Shown here: piece by piece, positions 1-10,190 of the stretch
Numbering within the stretch: position 1 is the first letter of the stretch
Layout of the letters: each line of letters begins with the position of its first letter
Assembly (NCBI GenBank): GCA_902557645.1
Contig: CACEAP010000005.1
Coordinates: forward strand, 10,181-74,180
Direction: 5' to 3'
DNA: 64,000 nucleotides
Source: an uncultured SAR86 cluster bacterium
Lineage (GTDB): Bacteria > Pseudomonadota > Gammaproteobacteria > Magnimaribacterales > D2472
The notes under the pieces: model-generated
Databases searched by the model: none
What the model was told of the DNA's origin: nothing
What the model saw: only the letters and a program-made list of their open reading frames with translations
Made by a program: the position numbers and the translations under genes

Positions 1-21
1 TAATATAATTTTTAAACAATC

Positions 22-1179
22 ATGACTCAAGATATATTTAACTTTGACGACCAATTAACCGAAGAGGAAATCTTAATTAAGAAAACCACTCAAGATTATT
101 GTCAAAGTACATTAATGCCAAGAATACTTGATGCCAATAGGAATGAAGAGTTTGATAAAGGTATTTATAAAGAGTTAGGTGAGCTTGGTTTATTGGGTCC
201 TCACATTAAGGGTTATGGCTGCTCAGGGGTCAATAATGTTTCTTACGGCTTGATTGCTAGAGAAATAGAAAGAATTGATTCAAGTTACAGGTCTGCATTT
301 AGCGTTCAATCATCATTAGCAATGTATGCAATATCAAATTTTGGCTCTGAAGAACAAAAGGAATTCTATTTACCTGAAATGGCGAAGGGTAATTTAATTG
401 GCTGTTTTGGGTTAACAGAACCTGATGCAGGTTCTGATCCTGCTAGCATGAAAACTGTGGCAATAAAAACTGATGGCGGTTATAAACTAAGCGGTTCAAA
501 GACATGGATTACTAATTCACCTATAGCTGATGTTTTAATTATTTGGGCTAAAGATGAGCAGGGAGTCTTGAGGGGATTTATTGTTGAGCGTGATGTTAAG
601 GGTTTAGATACTCCATACTTAAAAGGTAAATTTGCTTTAAGAGCTTCAGCAACGGGAATGATCTTTCTTGATAATGTTTTTGTACCAGAGGATAAAGTTC
701 TCCCTGATGTTCAAAGCTTCAGAGGTCCTTTTACTTGCTTAAATTCAGCTAGGTATGGAATTGCATGGGGTGCTATTGGTGCTGCAGAATTCTGTTGGAG
801 TCAGTCACTTTCGTATACTTTAGAAAGAGAGCAGTTTGGAAAGCCTCTAGCATCTAAACAACTAATTCAAAAAAAGCTGGCCGATATGCAAACAGAGATT
901 ACGCTTGGCTTGCAGGCAGCATTGAGAGTCGGAAGATTAATTGATGAGGGCAAAATGAGGCCCTCAATGATCTCATTGGTCAAAAGAAATAACTGCGGCA
1001 AAGCTTTAGATATTGCCAGAGCAGCAAGAGATATTCATGGCGGTAATGGTGTTACTGATGAGTATCATGTAATAAGACATTGCATGAATCTTGAGGCAGT
1101 TAATACTTATGAAGGAACTCACGATATCCATGCTCTTATCCTAGGACAAGAGCAAACTGGTATATCTGCTTTTAATTAA
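22..1179 (+). CDS. gcdH: Glutaryl-CoA dehydrogenase (acyl-CoA dehydrogenase family)
   Basis: 385-aa ORF with the acyl-CoA dehydrogenase fold ([14 protein letters not shown]). The C-terminal [19 protein letters not shown] stretch is typical of the glutaryl-CoA DH subfamily. Confidence 0.8.
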   Translation: MTQDIFNFDDQLTEEEILIKKTTQDYCQSTLMPRILDANRNEEFDKGIYKELGELGLLGPHIKGYGCSGVNNVSYGLIAREIERIDSSYRSAFSVQSSLAMYAISNFGSEEQKEFYLPEMAKGNLIGCFGLTEPDAGSDPASMKTVAIKTDGGYKLSGSKTWITNSPIADVLIIWAKDEQGVLRGFIVERDVKGLDTPYLKGKFALRASATGMIFLDNVFVPEDKVLPDVQSFRGPFTCLNSARYGIAWGAIGAAEFCWSQSLSYTLEREQFGKPLASKQLIQKKLADMQTEITLGLQAALRVGRLIDEGKMRPSMISLVKRNNCGKALDIARAARDIHGGNGVTDEYHVIRHCMNLEAVNTYEGTHDIHALILGQEQTGISAFN

Positions 1180-3247
1180 GATTTCTTTTTAGAAATTTTT
1201 CCATTTCAACATATAGCTCTAGATTGTTGGTTTCAGCATAAAAACCATGTGCTTCATCACCTCTAATCATATATTCATATGGAATACCTTTATCATCAAG
1301 AGCGTTTTTAAGTTCCAGGACTTGTTTGTATGAAACATTTCTATCCCGTCTACCATGGATTACAAAAAGATCACCTTTAATATTATCTAAATAATTAATA
1401 GGACTAGCTCTTTCTAATAATTCTCTATCATCATCTTGATGTCCCATTCCTTTATTCCATGCAGGTCTACCCATATCAGCAAACATCCATTGTTTATCAC
1501 CCATAATGCTTACTAGGTTAACAACCCCTACATAGTTAATTGCACATTTGAATAAATCCGGATTTTTTGTTATTCCTACCATTGCTGAATAACCACCGTA
1601 ACTTGCACCAGATATGCAAACTTTATCCATATCTACATAACCTTGTTCATTTGCCCAAAATAAGCCATCAATAAGATCAGTGTGCATATCAAGCGACCAC
1701 TGTTTCTTGGCAGCATTCATATGATCTATACCGTAACCAACAGATCCTCTAAAGTTTACCTGGACAACACCATAACCTCTTGTTGCATATAACTGCACCT
1801 CTCTTCTAAATCCAAAACTATCAGCTGCATGTGGTCCTCCGTGTGGATGCAAGATAAATGGAATCTTAGTGCCTTTTTTATAATTTGGTGGCAAGGTAAT
1901 ATATCCATGCAGTTTTAAGCCATCTCTTGCAGTAAAGCTAAAAGGTTCCATTTTTCCAAACTCGTATTCTTCTAACCAAGGCGCATATTTATCTATTAAC
2001 TGAATACCAACTTTAGGATCATACAAATAAGTTGTTCTTATGTGACGATCAGATGATGTATTTATAATAAATTTATTAAAATCATCATTTGCAGATATTG
2101 AAACAGTCTCTCCTGGAAATGCTGCTTCTATACCTTGTCTGATATTTGCATAGTTTTGATCAAAATAAATATACTGTCTTTTTGAAGTGTAATAAGAAAG
2201 CCCTAATAATTTTTTGTTTACAACATCTTTCATTACATAACCGCTGCTGCTTCCCCATTCAGGATTAGAAAAATCAAAGTTCTTATCATGGAAAACTTTC
2301 TCAACAAATTTTTCAGTTTTTGTATCAAACAACCACAAAGCATTAGTATCGGTATACTCATGAATAGAACCATCTACATTAATAGCTTGACCTACACCAA
2401 ATAAATGTCTGTTATCAAAGTCAAAGGTAGTAGGGTGAAAGCATGCTTCTCTATTTTCACATGACCACATTTTTTTAAATGAACCATCTGCAGCATTATA
2501 AGAATAATAGTAGGTATACAATCCATCTCTTGGAGAGTTTGGCTTGCCATCTTCTCTAAAATCATGACTTGTGGAGAAACCTCTTGGTACCGCATTATTA
2601 TCTAGTATCCAGTCTCCAAACATTTCATCTTCCAGAACCGGCTCTGCTGCTACTAATGTTGTTTCATTGGTATCAAGATCAAGCATATACACATCTCTGT
2701 ATTTATAAGCCACAGAAGGTCTTCTATTGATACTAATTAAAACTTTATTAGGAAACTGAGGAAGTGTGCTAACCATTCTTGGAAACTTTATTCCACCACT
2801 CTTACTTTGCTTGGCTTTATATAGAGCTTTTAAGTTCTTTCCATCTCTATCAATGGTATATAAAGAATAGCTATCAACATTCATTGAGGTACCAGCTTGG
2901 TAGTCAAATGCTCTGGTAATAAACAAAGTTTTATCATTTAGCCAACTAAATGAGCTTACTCTTGCATTCATACTTGTACCTGAAAGTCTCTTAGCTTTCA
3001 TTCCATCTTCTAAATCTATTACAACTAGTACTTTTATCATTTCATCATCTTCAGGCTCATCTATAGAACACTTAGGGGGTGTAGATGGAACCATTGCGGC
3101 ATAATATCTACCAGAAGGTGATAAAGTTCCTCCAGAAGTCTCTCCGCCACACAATAATTTTTCGAGCGGAATAGGCTCTGCTTCAAGAAAATTATTAAAA
3201 GTAAGTGATATTAAGAATAGAAAACTAAGTATTTTGTATGATTTCAT
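1172..3247 (-). CDS. Secreted S9-family serine peptidase (prolyl oligopeptidase / dipeptidyl peptidase type)
   Basis: 691 aa with an N-terminal signal peptide and a beta-propeller-like N-terminal region. The C-terminal alpha/beta hydrolase carries the nucleophile elbow GASYGGY and a late HG..D region. Confidence 0.8.
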   Translation of the reverse strand: MKSYKILSFLFLISLTFNNFLEAEPIPLEKLLCGGETSGGTLSPSGRYYAAMVPSTPPKCSIDEPEDDEMIKVLVVIDLEDGMKAKRLSGTSMNARVSSFSWLNDKTLFITRAFDYQAGTSMNVDSYSLYTIDRDGKNLKALYKAKQSKSGGIKFPRMVSTLPQFPNKVLISINRRPSVAYKYRDVYMLDLDTNETTLVAAEPVLEDEMFGDWILDNNAVPRGFSTSHDFREDGKPNSPRDGLYTYYYSYNAADGSFKKMWSCENREACFHPTTFDFDNRHLFGVGQAINVDGSIHEYTDTNALWLFDTKTEKFVEKVFHDKNFDFSNPEWGSSSGYVMKDVVNKKLLGLSYYTSKRQYIYFDQNYANIRQGIEAAFPGETVSISANDDFNKFIINTSSDRHIRTTYLYDPKVGIQLIDKYAPWLEEYEFGKMEPFSFTARDGLKLHGYITLPPNYKKGTKIPFILHPHGGPHAADSFGFRREVQLYATRGYGVVQVNFRGSVGYGIDHMNAAKKQWSLDMHTDLIDGLFWANEQGYVDMDKVCISGASYGGYSAMVGITKNPDLFKCAINYVGVVNLVSIMGDKQWMFADMGRPAWNKGMGHQDDDRELLERASPINYLDNIKGDLFVIHGRRDRNVSYKQVLELKNALDDKGIPYEYMIRGDEAHGFYAETNNLELYVEMEKFLKRNLN

Positions 3248-3265
3248 TTTAGTCCTTATAAAATT

Positions 3266-3285
3266 ATGTAAAGCTTACTTTACAT
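3266..3285. promoter_or_regulatory. Perfect palindrome ATGTAAAG-N4-CTTTACAT containing a TyrR/PhhR-type box TGTAAA-N6-TTTACA (3267-3284)
   Basis: Read directly: ATGTAAAGCTTACTTTACAT. It lies in the divergent region, 18 nt upstream of the S9 peptidase ATG (3247, minus strand). Confidence 0.5.
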
Positions 3286-3461
3286 AATAATTTATATTTA
3301 TAATATTTCAACTGATTAATACTATTTAATATATAAAGAATAGATATTAAATAAATGGACCTTGATGCTTGCAAAAATCAAAAATTACATTAATATTGAT
3401 GCTATCGAGCATGATTCGTGGACGTTTCATGCTATTTAAAATTTTTTATATGGGGAAACAT

Positions 3462-6452
3462 ATGAATAGAATACAATTATCTTTGCTATTTTTATTAGCA
3501 TTCGCTTTTGCACCATTTAACGTTATTGCTGATGAACCAGTTGATGATGTTGAAGAGGTAACATCAACTGAAACAGAGTCTGATGATTCTGATGAAGATG
3601 TAACTGACGTAGGTCGTGTTACTGTTACTGGTTCAAGAATCAAAAGAATTGACATCGAGGGAGCTACTCCTGTTACTGTTATAACTAGAACTGATATCGA
3701 TCAAGCTGGTTATGGAACAGTTTTCGATGCCGTTTCTAATTTAACACAAAATATTGGTGAAACAGCTGGTGAGAATTTCCAGGCTGGTTTTACACCTGCT
3801 AACCAGGTTGTTGATCTTAGAGACTTTGGTCCAGGTAGAACACTTGTTTTAGTGAATGGAAAAAGAATGGCAGATTATCCGTTTCCTTATAACGGTAATT
3901 CAGCTTCGTTCAACTGGGCATCTATTCCCCTTGCAGCAGTTGAAAGAATTGAAGTCTTAACAGCTGGTGCTTCATCTGTATATGGTTCAGATGCAGTTGC
4001 TGGTGTTATTAATGTTGTACTTGTTGAAGGTGTTGAACAAAGCACTGTTAGAGTAACAGCAGGTGAATATCTTCAATCAAGAGATGGATTCGGTAAAGAG
4101 TATGGAATTGAATTCACAACTGGTGGAGTTGCAGATAAGTTCTCATGGACAGTTGCTGCTGAATTTACGCACTTAGATCCATTAACTACTAAAGATCGTG
4201 ATGATTATGATGATTATGATGATGGTAAAGGTACAGATAATGATGTCCCTTGGTATGCAGCTAGAATGTACGGTGCAAATATTTATGCAACCGGTTATCA
4301 GTTCTGGGGTCCTAGTGACATGGCTGGTCCTGATGGAAATCTTATGGGATGGACATGTGCTGGTACCACAAATATCGATGGTGTTATTGAAACTACTTAC
4401 GATCAGTATTACACAACTACAAGAGTTGGTAATGCATGTATAAGAGAAGAGAATCCACCTCAAACTATTTGGAATGAAAGAGACAATGCTTCAGTATTCT
4501 TTGCTGGTTCATATACTGTTTCAGAGCAAATGGAAGTTTATGCTAAAGCAATGCAGTTTAATACTGAAACAACTGGTGTTTACTTCAACAGTTTTTATTA
4601 TCCTTTCCCTGGAACTCCATGGTCAATGGGTTATTCAAATTACGGCCCACAAGGCACCGGTCTTCCAAACCCAGTAACAGGCGGAACGCTTTACATGATG
4701 GATTGGTATGGAGTTAAAATGTTTAATCCACCAACATGGGATAATTCATTTGAAGAGCAGTCTAATACTTTTGATTTAGGTGTTAGAGGTACTCTTAATA
4801 ATGGTTGGGAATATGACGTTTCAGCAACTATTAATGACTATGAATCAGACTCAGTTGGTCAATTATGGTTAGTTGAAGAAATGGAAGCATTATATTTCAA
4901 CATTGGTCAAAATGATGCGCTAGGTAATCCTTGTGTAATGGATGCATTTGATCTTTATGCTGATGGTTACTGGAGTGGTGTAGGCGGAGACGCAACTGAC
5001 CCATACAGAGGTTATTCATATGCATACAGCTGGGGCCAGCCTACATGTTTAAATGCAGAATGGTTCTATAACGGGGCTGACTTTAATTATGCAGATTATA
5101 TGGCTACTAATGATGAGCACGCTGAATCTTATTCAGATTTTTATACAGCTTCATTAGTTGGTGAATTCGGTATGTTAGATGGTGGTCCAATAGGATTCGC
5201 TCTTGTTGCTGAATATCAAGATCATGGATATACAGTTATCCCATCAGCGCTTAATGTAGCTGGTAAGTTATGGGGTTCAGGATATACAGATGGTGGCGGT
5301 GAAAGAGATAGATACGCTTTTGGTGGAGAATTAAGATTCCCAATAACAACTGAATTTGCTATTTCACTATCTGCTCGTAATGATAAGTATGATGATAAAG
5401 CTGTAAATGTTGATAGAACAACAATTGGTGGTAACTTTGAATGGAGACCATCTGATGACTTTATGTTAAGAGGTTCATGGTCTGAATCATTCAGAGCTCC
5501 AGATATGCAAAGAGCATTCTTGGAAAGAGTCGAAGGCTTTACAAGCGGTATTGACTATTATCAGTGTTGGTTATCAACAGGAGCTATCGATAATTGTGGT
5601 GATTTTAATAAAATTAACATTGTAACTATCACTGAAGGTAACAAAAGTCTTAAAGATGAGGCTGGTGATTCATATTCATTAGGTTTTGTATGGGAGCCTG
5701 CAGAAAGATTAACTCTTACTGTTGATGCATATAAAGTTGTTTTACAAGATATTGTTTCTAACAGTAGTTTAGGTCAGGTCAGAATCGATGAAGCTTATTG
5801 TAGAGCTCAAGAAGCTGGCACGCCTATTGACGGAGCTCCAGAATATAGTAGCTCATACTGTCAACAAGTTTATGACAGTATTGTTCGTGGCGGTAAACCA
5901 ACAGGTGTTGAACCAACTGATCCAACTGCTATACCAGGAATGATTGAGCTTTATAATCAACCTTTGAATATAGCTTCTCAGGAATATCAAGGTCTTGACT
6001 GGTCTATGAGATATACATTAATAACTGATACTAGAGGTGACTTTAGCTTCTCAGTTAGAGGATCAAATCAATTAAATCTTAAACAAGCAACCTTACCTGG
6101 TGAGCCAAGATTTAGTTATATGGATTCAGCATATGTAGTTAGATCTAGACAAGTTGCAACTTCAGCATGGAGTTTAAATGACTGGTCAGCTTCAATTTCT
6201 GTAAGCAGAATAGGTCATGTTAACTATATCGAAGATACTAAAGGAAGCCCTTATTTCTCAACAAACTTAACGGTTGGTTATGACATATCTGATGATATGT
6301 ATATAGCAATTGTTGGAAATAATATTTTTGATGCATTCCCTGATAGAGATGCAGCATATGGTGGAAGTTCATACTATCCTTTCCATGTAAATGCTAATTT
6401 GTATCCTATTACTGGACCATCAATTAATGGTATTTTCCAGTTTAGATTTTAA
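3462..6452 (+). CDS. TonB-dependent outer-membrane receptor
   Basis: ATG 3462 is preceded by GGGGA and starts a signal peptide (MNRIQLSLLFLLAFAFAPFNVIADE). Plug motifs are present (VTVTGSRIKR, LVNGKRM, IERIEVLTAGASSVYGSDAVAGVINVV), followed by a long beta-barrel ending in FQFRF. The ORF-track TTG start at 3369 looks like an upstream extension. Confidence 0.9.
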   Translation: MNRIQLSLLFLLAFAFAPFNVIADEPVDDVEEVTSTETESDDSDEDVTDVGRVTVTGSRIKRIDIEGATPVTVITRTDIDQAGYGTVFDAVSNLTQNIGETAGENFQAGFTPANQVVDLRDFGPGRTLVLVNGKRMADYPFPYNGNSASFNWASIPLAAVERIEVLTAGASSVYGSDAVAGVINVVLVEGVEQSTVRVTAGEYLQSRDGFGKEYGIEFTTGGVADKFSWTVAAEFTHLDPLTTKDRDDYDDYDDGKGTDNDVPWYAARMYGANIYATGYQFWGPSDMAGPDGNLMGWTCAGTTNIDGVIETTYDQYYTTTRVGNACIREENPPQTIWNERDNASVFFAGSYTVSEQMEVYAKAMQFNTETTGVYFNSFYYPFPGTPWSMGYSNYGPQGTGLPNPVTGGTLYMMDWYGVKMFNPPTWDNSFEEQSNTFDLGVRGTLNNGWEYDVSATINDYESDSVGQLWLVEEMEALYFNIGQNDALGNPCVMDAFDLYADGYWSGVGGDATDPYRGYSYAYSWGQPTCLNAEWFYNGADFNYADYMATNDEHAESYSDFYTASLVGEFGMLDGGPIGFALVAEYQDHGYTVIPSALNVAGKLWGSGYTDGGGERDRYAFGGELRFPITTEFAISLSARNDKYDDKAVNVDRTTIGGNFEWRPSDDFMLRGSWSESFRAPDMQRAFLERVEGFTSGIDYYQCWLSTGAIDNCGDFNKINIVTITEGNKSLKDEAGDSYSLGFVWEPAERLTLTVDAYKVVLQDIVSNSSLGQVRIDEAYCRAQEAGTPIDGAPEYSSSYCQQVYDSIVRGGKPTGVEPTDPTAIPGMIELYNQPLNIASQEYQGLDWSMRYTLITDTRGDFSFSVRGSNQLNLKQATLPGEPRFSYMDSAYVVRSRQVATSAWSLNDWSASISVSRIGHVNYIEDTKGSPYFSTNLTVGYDISDDMYIAIVGNNIFDAFPDRDAAYGGSSYYPFHVNANLYPITGPSINGIFQFRF

Positions 6453-6467
6453 TTTAATCTAGTTCTT

Positions 6468-6494
6468 AAAAAAGGCAGCCTAGCTGCCTTTTTT
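6468..6494 (+). terminator. Rho-independent terminator after the TBDR gene (A-tract/T-tract flanked, potentially bidirectional)
   Basis: AAAAAA-GGCAGC-CTA-GCTGCC-TTTTTT read directly, 16 nt after the stop codon. Confidence 0.8.
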
Positions 6495-6544
6495 ATTTAA
6501 TAAAAAATTCCAAATATATACTAAATATATATATAATATCGCCC

Positions 6545-7324
6545 ATGAAAATCATTAAAACATTTTTACCTTTAACCTTTATTTTTATAATAAGCATTAA
6601 TGCTCAAGAATCTACAAATTCTATTGATGAGTTAAATGAATCAGTAGGAACAAGTACAAAATCATTAAAAGATTCTGCTGCTAATCAAAAAAATATTAAT
6701 ACAATTGACAGACAAACTAGAGAACTAGAGTTTGACTATAAAGATACTTATAAAGAGTATGAAAATTTAAAACTCTACAACGATCAACTGCAAAAAATTA
6801 TAAATTCACAAAACGAAGAGATTGAGTCGATTATTTTTCAAATTGCTGAATTAGATAATACTAATATAAATATTATTCCTTTAATGTTAAAAATGACTGC
6901 TGCCCTTGAGCAATTTATTTCTTTAGACATTCCTTTTTTATTAGAAGAGAGAACTTCAAGAATAGAAAACATAAAGGAAGTTATGGATAGAGGTGATGTC
7001 TCTACCTCAGAAAAATTTAGAAAAGTCGCTGAAGCTTATCAAGTTGAGAATGACTACGGTAGAACTATCGAAGCTTACAGAGGTTCAGTAAACTTCGAAG
7101 ATAAAGAATTTAATGCTGACTTCTTAAGAGTTGGAAGAGTAGCATTAATGTTTATAACCACTAATGGTGACAAAGCTGCCTATTGGGATAATTCCTCAAA
7201 GTCTTGGGTTAAGTCATCAGGAGCGATCAAGAGATCTACTGAAGAGGGTTTAAAAATTGCTTTAAAACAAGCACCACCTGCACTAATTAATATTCCGGTA
7301 ACAGCTTATGAAAAGAATAATTAA
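6545..7324 (+). CDS. DUF3450-type periplasmic coiled-coil protein (TtpB-like, TonB2-system associated)
   Basis: 259 aa with a signal peptide and a coiled-coil-rich sequence. It is the first gene of a TtpB-TtpC-ExbB-ExbD-TonB-TtpD-type arrangement known from Vibrio TonB2/TonB3 clusters. Confidence 0.65.
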   Translation: MKIIKTFLPLTFIFIISINAQESTNSIDELNESVGTSTKSLKDSAANQKNINTIDRQTRELEFDYKDTYKEYENLKLYNDQLQKIINSQNEEIESIIFQIAELDNTNINIIPLMLKMTAALEQFISLDIPFLLEERTSRIENIKEVMDRGDVSTSEKFRKVAEAYQVENDYGRTIEAYRGSVNFEDKEFNADFLRVGRVALMFITTNGDKAAYWDNSSKSWVKSSGAIKRSTEEGLKIALKQAPPALINIPVTAYEKNN

Positions 7325-8663
7325 TCTATACTTATTCCCAGTTTTGCTGGTAGCCTCCATTCAAGTTAACTCACAAGAGGTTACTTTATCTGAACCAGTT
7401 GTAGTTACAGACATCGAACAATTACTTGAATTAGTTAAAGATGGAGCAACTTTAAGATCAGAAGAAGACAAGAAAAGATTAGACAGTTTTAATAAAAGTA
7501 AACAAAAGCAAGAGAAACTTCTTGCTGATGCAAGATGGTTGCTTAAAAAGGAATCTAATAGAGAAAAAAGATTAACAAAGCAATTTGAAGATAATGATTC
7601 AAGATTGTCTGATTTAGAAGAGCAATTAAATTTAAAGATTGGTACATTAGGAGAGCTATTTGGAGTTGTCAGACAGCTTAGTGGCGATGCAAAAAATACA
7701 TATAGTCAATCATTAACTAATTTAGAATTTCCTTCAAGAATTGAATTTCTTGGCAATTTAGCTGAGCGCAAAGAACTACCTAAAGTTGATGAGCTAGAGA
7801 GGCTTTGGTTTGAACTTTTAAATGAGATGAACGCTTCTGGAAAGGTTTCAAAATTTTCTTCAGAAGTATTAGATACTAGTGGTAATTCGTCATTGTATGA
7901 TGTTATTAGAATAGGCCAATTTAATGCTGTTGCTGATTCAAATTATTTAAGATTTATACCTGAAGAACAATCTTTAGAGTTTTTATCTAAAAACCCTGAT
8001 GGCTCAAGATCTTCACTTCGTAAACTTTCAAGTTTTGAAGAGGGTGATTATGTTGAATTTTCAATCGATCCAACTAGAGGATCATTACTTAATCTAATAT
8101 TACAAAATCCAAGTGTTATTGAAAGAATTAATCAAGGTGGTTTTGTTGGATATATTATTCTAATTATTCTTGTGAGCGGTCTAGCTCTCGGAGCTTTTAG
8201 ATTTAATTTTTTATACAACAGTCAAAAATCTCTTATTAAAGAACTTGATACTGGTAAATTTAATGAAGGCTCACCTTTAAAAGAAATTGATGATGTGCTT
8301 AGACAAAAAGATAAACTTGATCAAGATCAATTAGAGACTAAGATTGAAGCGATTTTATCGAGCACTGGACCATTGTATGAAAGAAGTATTAGTTCTATTA
8401 AATTATTAGCAGCTGTTGCTCCTCTTTTAGGATTGTTGGGAACAGTTGTTGGAATGATTGGTACTTTCCAGGCAATAACATTATTTGGAACTGGCGACCC
8501 GAAATTAATGGCTGGCGGAATATCACAGGCTCTTGTAACAACTATGTTAGGTCTTATTGCAGCAGTTCCATTATTATTTATGCATAATCAGCTAGATACT
8601 CGCAGTAGAGAAATTATTCAAATCATTGAAGAAGAAGCCATTGGTAAAATAGCTTCTAAATAG
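7308..8663 (+). CDS. ttpC: Large MotA/TolQ/ExbB-family proton-channel protein (TtpC-like)
   Basis: 451 aa with a signal peptide and a long coiled-coil N-terminal domain. The C-terminal MotA/ExbB channel motifs are LLGLLGTVVGMIGTFQAI and GGISQALVTTMLGLIAAVP. The start overlaps the upstream gene by 17 nt. Confidence 0.7.
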   Translation: MKRIINLYLFPVLLVASIQVNSQEVTLSEPVVVTDIEQLLELVKDGATLRSEEDKKRLDSFNKSKQKQEKLLADARWLLKKESNREKRLTKQFEDNDSRLSDLEEQLNLKIGTLGELFGVVRQLSGDAKNTYSQSLTNLEFPSRIEFLGNLAERKELPKVDELERLWFELLNEMNASGKVSKFSSEVLDTSGNSSLYDVIRIGQFNAVADSNYLRFIPEEQSLEFLSKNPDGSRSSLRKLSSFEEGDYVEFSIDPTRGSLLNLILQNPSVIERINQGGFVGYIILIILVSGLALGAFRFNFLYNSQKSLIKELDTGKFNEGSPLKEIDDVLRQKDKLDQDQLETKIEAILSSTGPLYERSISSIKLLAAVAPLLGLLGTVVGMIGTFQAITLFGTGDPKLMAGGISQALVTTMLGLIAAVPLLFMHNQLDTRSREIIQIIEEEAIGKIASK

Positions 8664-8666
8664 AGC

Positions 8667-9191
8667 ATGCTTTACTACCTTCTTTTACCATTCAACCTTG
8701 TAAGTGATTTCATTAATATGGGCGGGGTTGTTCTTTTAGTTTTATTTTTTGTAGCTTTTTACATGTGGATTCTTATATCTGAAAGATTATATTTTTATAA
8801 ATATTCTCTTGATGATGTTGTTGAAAAAAGTTTCATGGAATATAAGAAGTTAACTGGTAAAGATCAGTGGCTAAATAACAAAATAAAAAATATGTCATTA
8901 GCTGATATTAACCTTCAAAAAAATAGAAATTTAAATCAAATTAAAGGTTTAGTCGCATTATGTCCATTGCTTGGACTGCTTGGAACTGTAACAGGAATGA
9001 TTGAAGTTTTTGATGTTATGGCTTTTACAGGCACCGGAAACCCAAGACTTATGGCTGGAGGTATATCTAAAGCTACGCTGCCAACAATGACAGGATTAGT
9101 AATATCTATAACGGGATTATTCGCTATAACTTTTATTGAAAGATTTATTAATGATAGAGTTTTAAGAAAAGTAGAGATTTTTGAGAAATGA
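8667..9191 (+). CDS. exbB: ExbB/TolQ-family proton channel subunit
   Basis: 174 aa with motifs LLGLLGTVTGMIEVF and GGISKATLPTMTGLV. Confidence 0.85.
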   Translation: MLYYLLLPFNLVSDFINMGGVVLLVLFFVAFYMWILISERLYFYKYSLDDVVEKSFMEYKKLTGKDQWLNNKIKNMSLADINLQKNRNLNQIKGLVALCPLLGLLGTVTGMIEVFDVMAFTGTGNPRLMAGGISKATLPTMTGLVISITGLFAITFIERFINDRVLRKVEIFEK

Positions 9192-9589
9192 TAAGAAGAA
9201 AAAAAAGGATACCTGAAGACTCAACCATAGATATTACACCTATGCTTGATATTGTTTTTATAATGCTTATATTTTTTATTGTAACAACTACTTTTATTAA
9301 AGAAACTGGGGTTGAGGTAAATCGACCAAATGCATCAACTGCAGTAGCAGATGAAAGAGGTAATATTCTCATTGCTATTTCAGAAAATAATGAAATTTGG
9401 ATAGATAAAAGGATGATAGATATTAGAGCGGTAAGGGCTAATATCGAAAGACTAAAAGCTGAAAATCCTGAAGGCTCAGTAATTATTCAAGCAGATCAAA
9501 ATTCTAAGACTGGTTTATTAGTTGAAACTATGGATCAAGTTAGATTAGCTGGTGTACAGAATGTATCAATTGCAGCAGATAAGGACTAA
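9188..9589 (+). CDS. exbD: ExbD/TolR-family protein
   Basis: 133 aa with a single N-terminal TM (ITPMLDIVFIMLIFFIV) and a periplasmic ExbD domain. The ATGA start overlaps the exbB stop. Confidence 0.85.
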   Translation: MIRRKKRIPEDSTIDITPMLDIVFIMLIFFIVTTTFIKETGVEVNRPNASTAVADERGNILIAISENNEIWIDKRMIDIRAVRANIERLKAENPEGSVIIQADQNSKTGLLVETMDQVRLAGVQNVSIAADKD

Positions 9590-10190
9590 GAAAAATTCCT
9601 ACTTTATAGCTGGAGGTTTAGGTTCAGCATTTCTACTATTTTTATTTATGTATTTGCTTATTAAGCCAGGTGATTTGGATATAAATGCTTTAAAAGATCG
9701 ACAAATGGTTGATTTCATTAGACTTAAAAAAGATGATACTTTAAATGAAAGGGATAGAAGACTGCCTGATAAACCCCCACCTCCAAAAAGGCCTCCACCT
9801 CCAGAATTAGAAGCTCCTGATGTTAAAGCCTTACCAACTCCAAAAATAGATATTGAATTTCCTGACATAAAGATGCCTATAGATACAGATGGAGCATTTG
9901 TTGCCGGTGGTCAATATTTAGGTGATGGCGGTTTGATACCTTTAGTTAGAATCGCACCAAGATATCCAAGAAATGCTCTTTTAAAAGGCACTGAGGGTTA
10001 TGTTTTGGTAGAATTACTAGTTGATGAATCAGGTTCTGTTTTATCTGCTGTAGTTAGAGAAGCAAATCCAAGCACGGTCTTTAATGCAGCAGCTATTCAA
10101 GCTGTTTTAAAATGGAAATTTAAACCTAGAGTTGATGGCGGAGTTGCTGTCAAACAAAGAGGTATAACAAGGATTGATTTTCAAATATGA
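9552..10190 (+). CDS. tonB: TonB energy transducer
   Basis: N-terminal TM anchor, proline-rich spacer (PDKPPPPKRPPPPELEAP) and a C-terminal TonB domain (YPRNALLKGTEGYVLVELLVDESG). The start is ambiguous: GTG 9552, ATG 9561 or TTG 9570. Confidence 0.85.
   Translation: MYRMYQLQQIRTKKNSYFIAGGLGSAFLLFLFMYLLIKPGDLDINALKDRQMVDFIRLKKDDTLNERDRRLPDKPPPPKRPPPPELEAPDVKALPTPKIDIEFPDIKMPIDTDGAFVAGGQYLGDGGLIPLVRIAPRYPRNALLKGTEGYVLVELLVDESGSVLSAVVREANPSTVFNAAAIQAVLKWKFKPRVDGGVAVKQRGITRIDFQI

Noticed and set aside
3369-3461. N-terminal extension of the first TBDR ORF from a TTG start (MQKSKITLILMLSSMIRGRFMLFKIFYMGKH...).
   Set aside because: ATG 3462 has a GGGGA SD-like sequence 5 nt upstream and begins a canonical signal peptide. 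The extension would bury that signal peptide.
3286-3461. Possible Fur box upstream of the TonB-dependent receptor (ACATTAATATTGATGCTATC region), and similar AT-rich stretches before the TonB cluster and the second TBDR.
   Set aside because: There are too many mismatches to GATAATGATAATCATTATC, and the AT-rich background makes weak matches meaningless.
4182-4677. ORFs 4182..4463 (-), 4198..4443 (+) and 4474..4677 (+), including runs such as MMIMMIMMM and IIIIIIIIT.
   Set aside because: They lie wholly inside the TBDR gene. They are alternative-frame or antisense readings of the GAT/GAT/TAT repeat that encodes DDYDDYDDG, and their low-complexity translations have no coding signature.
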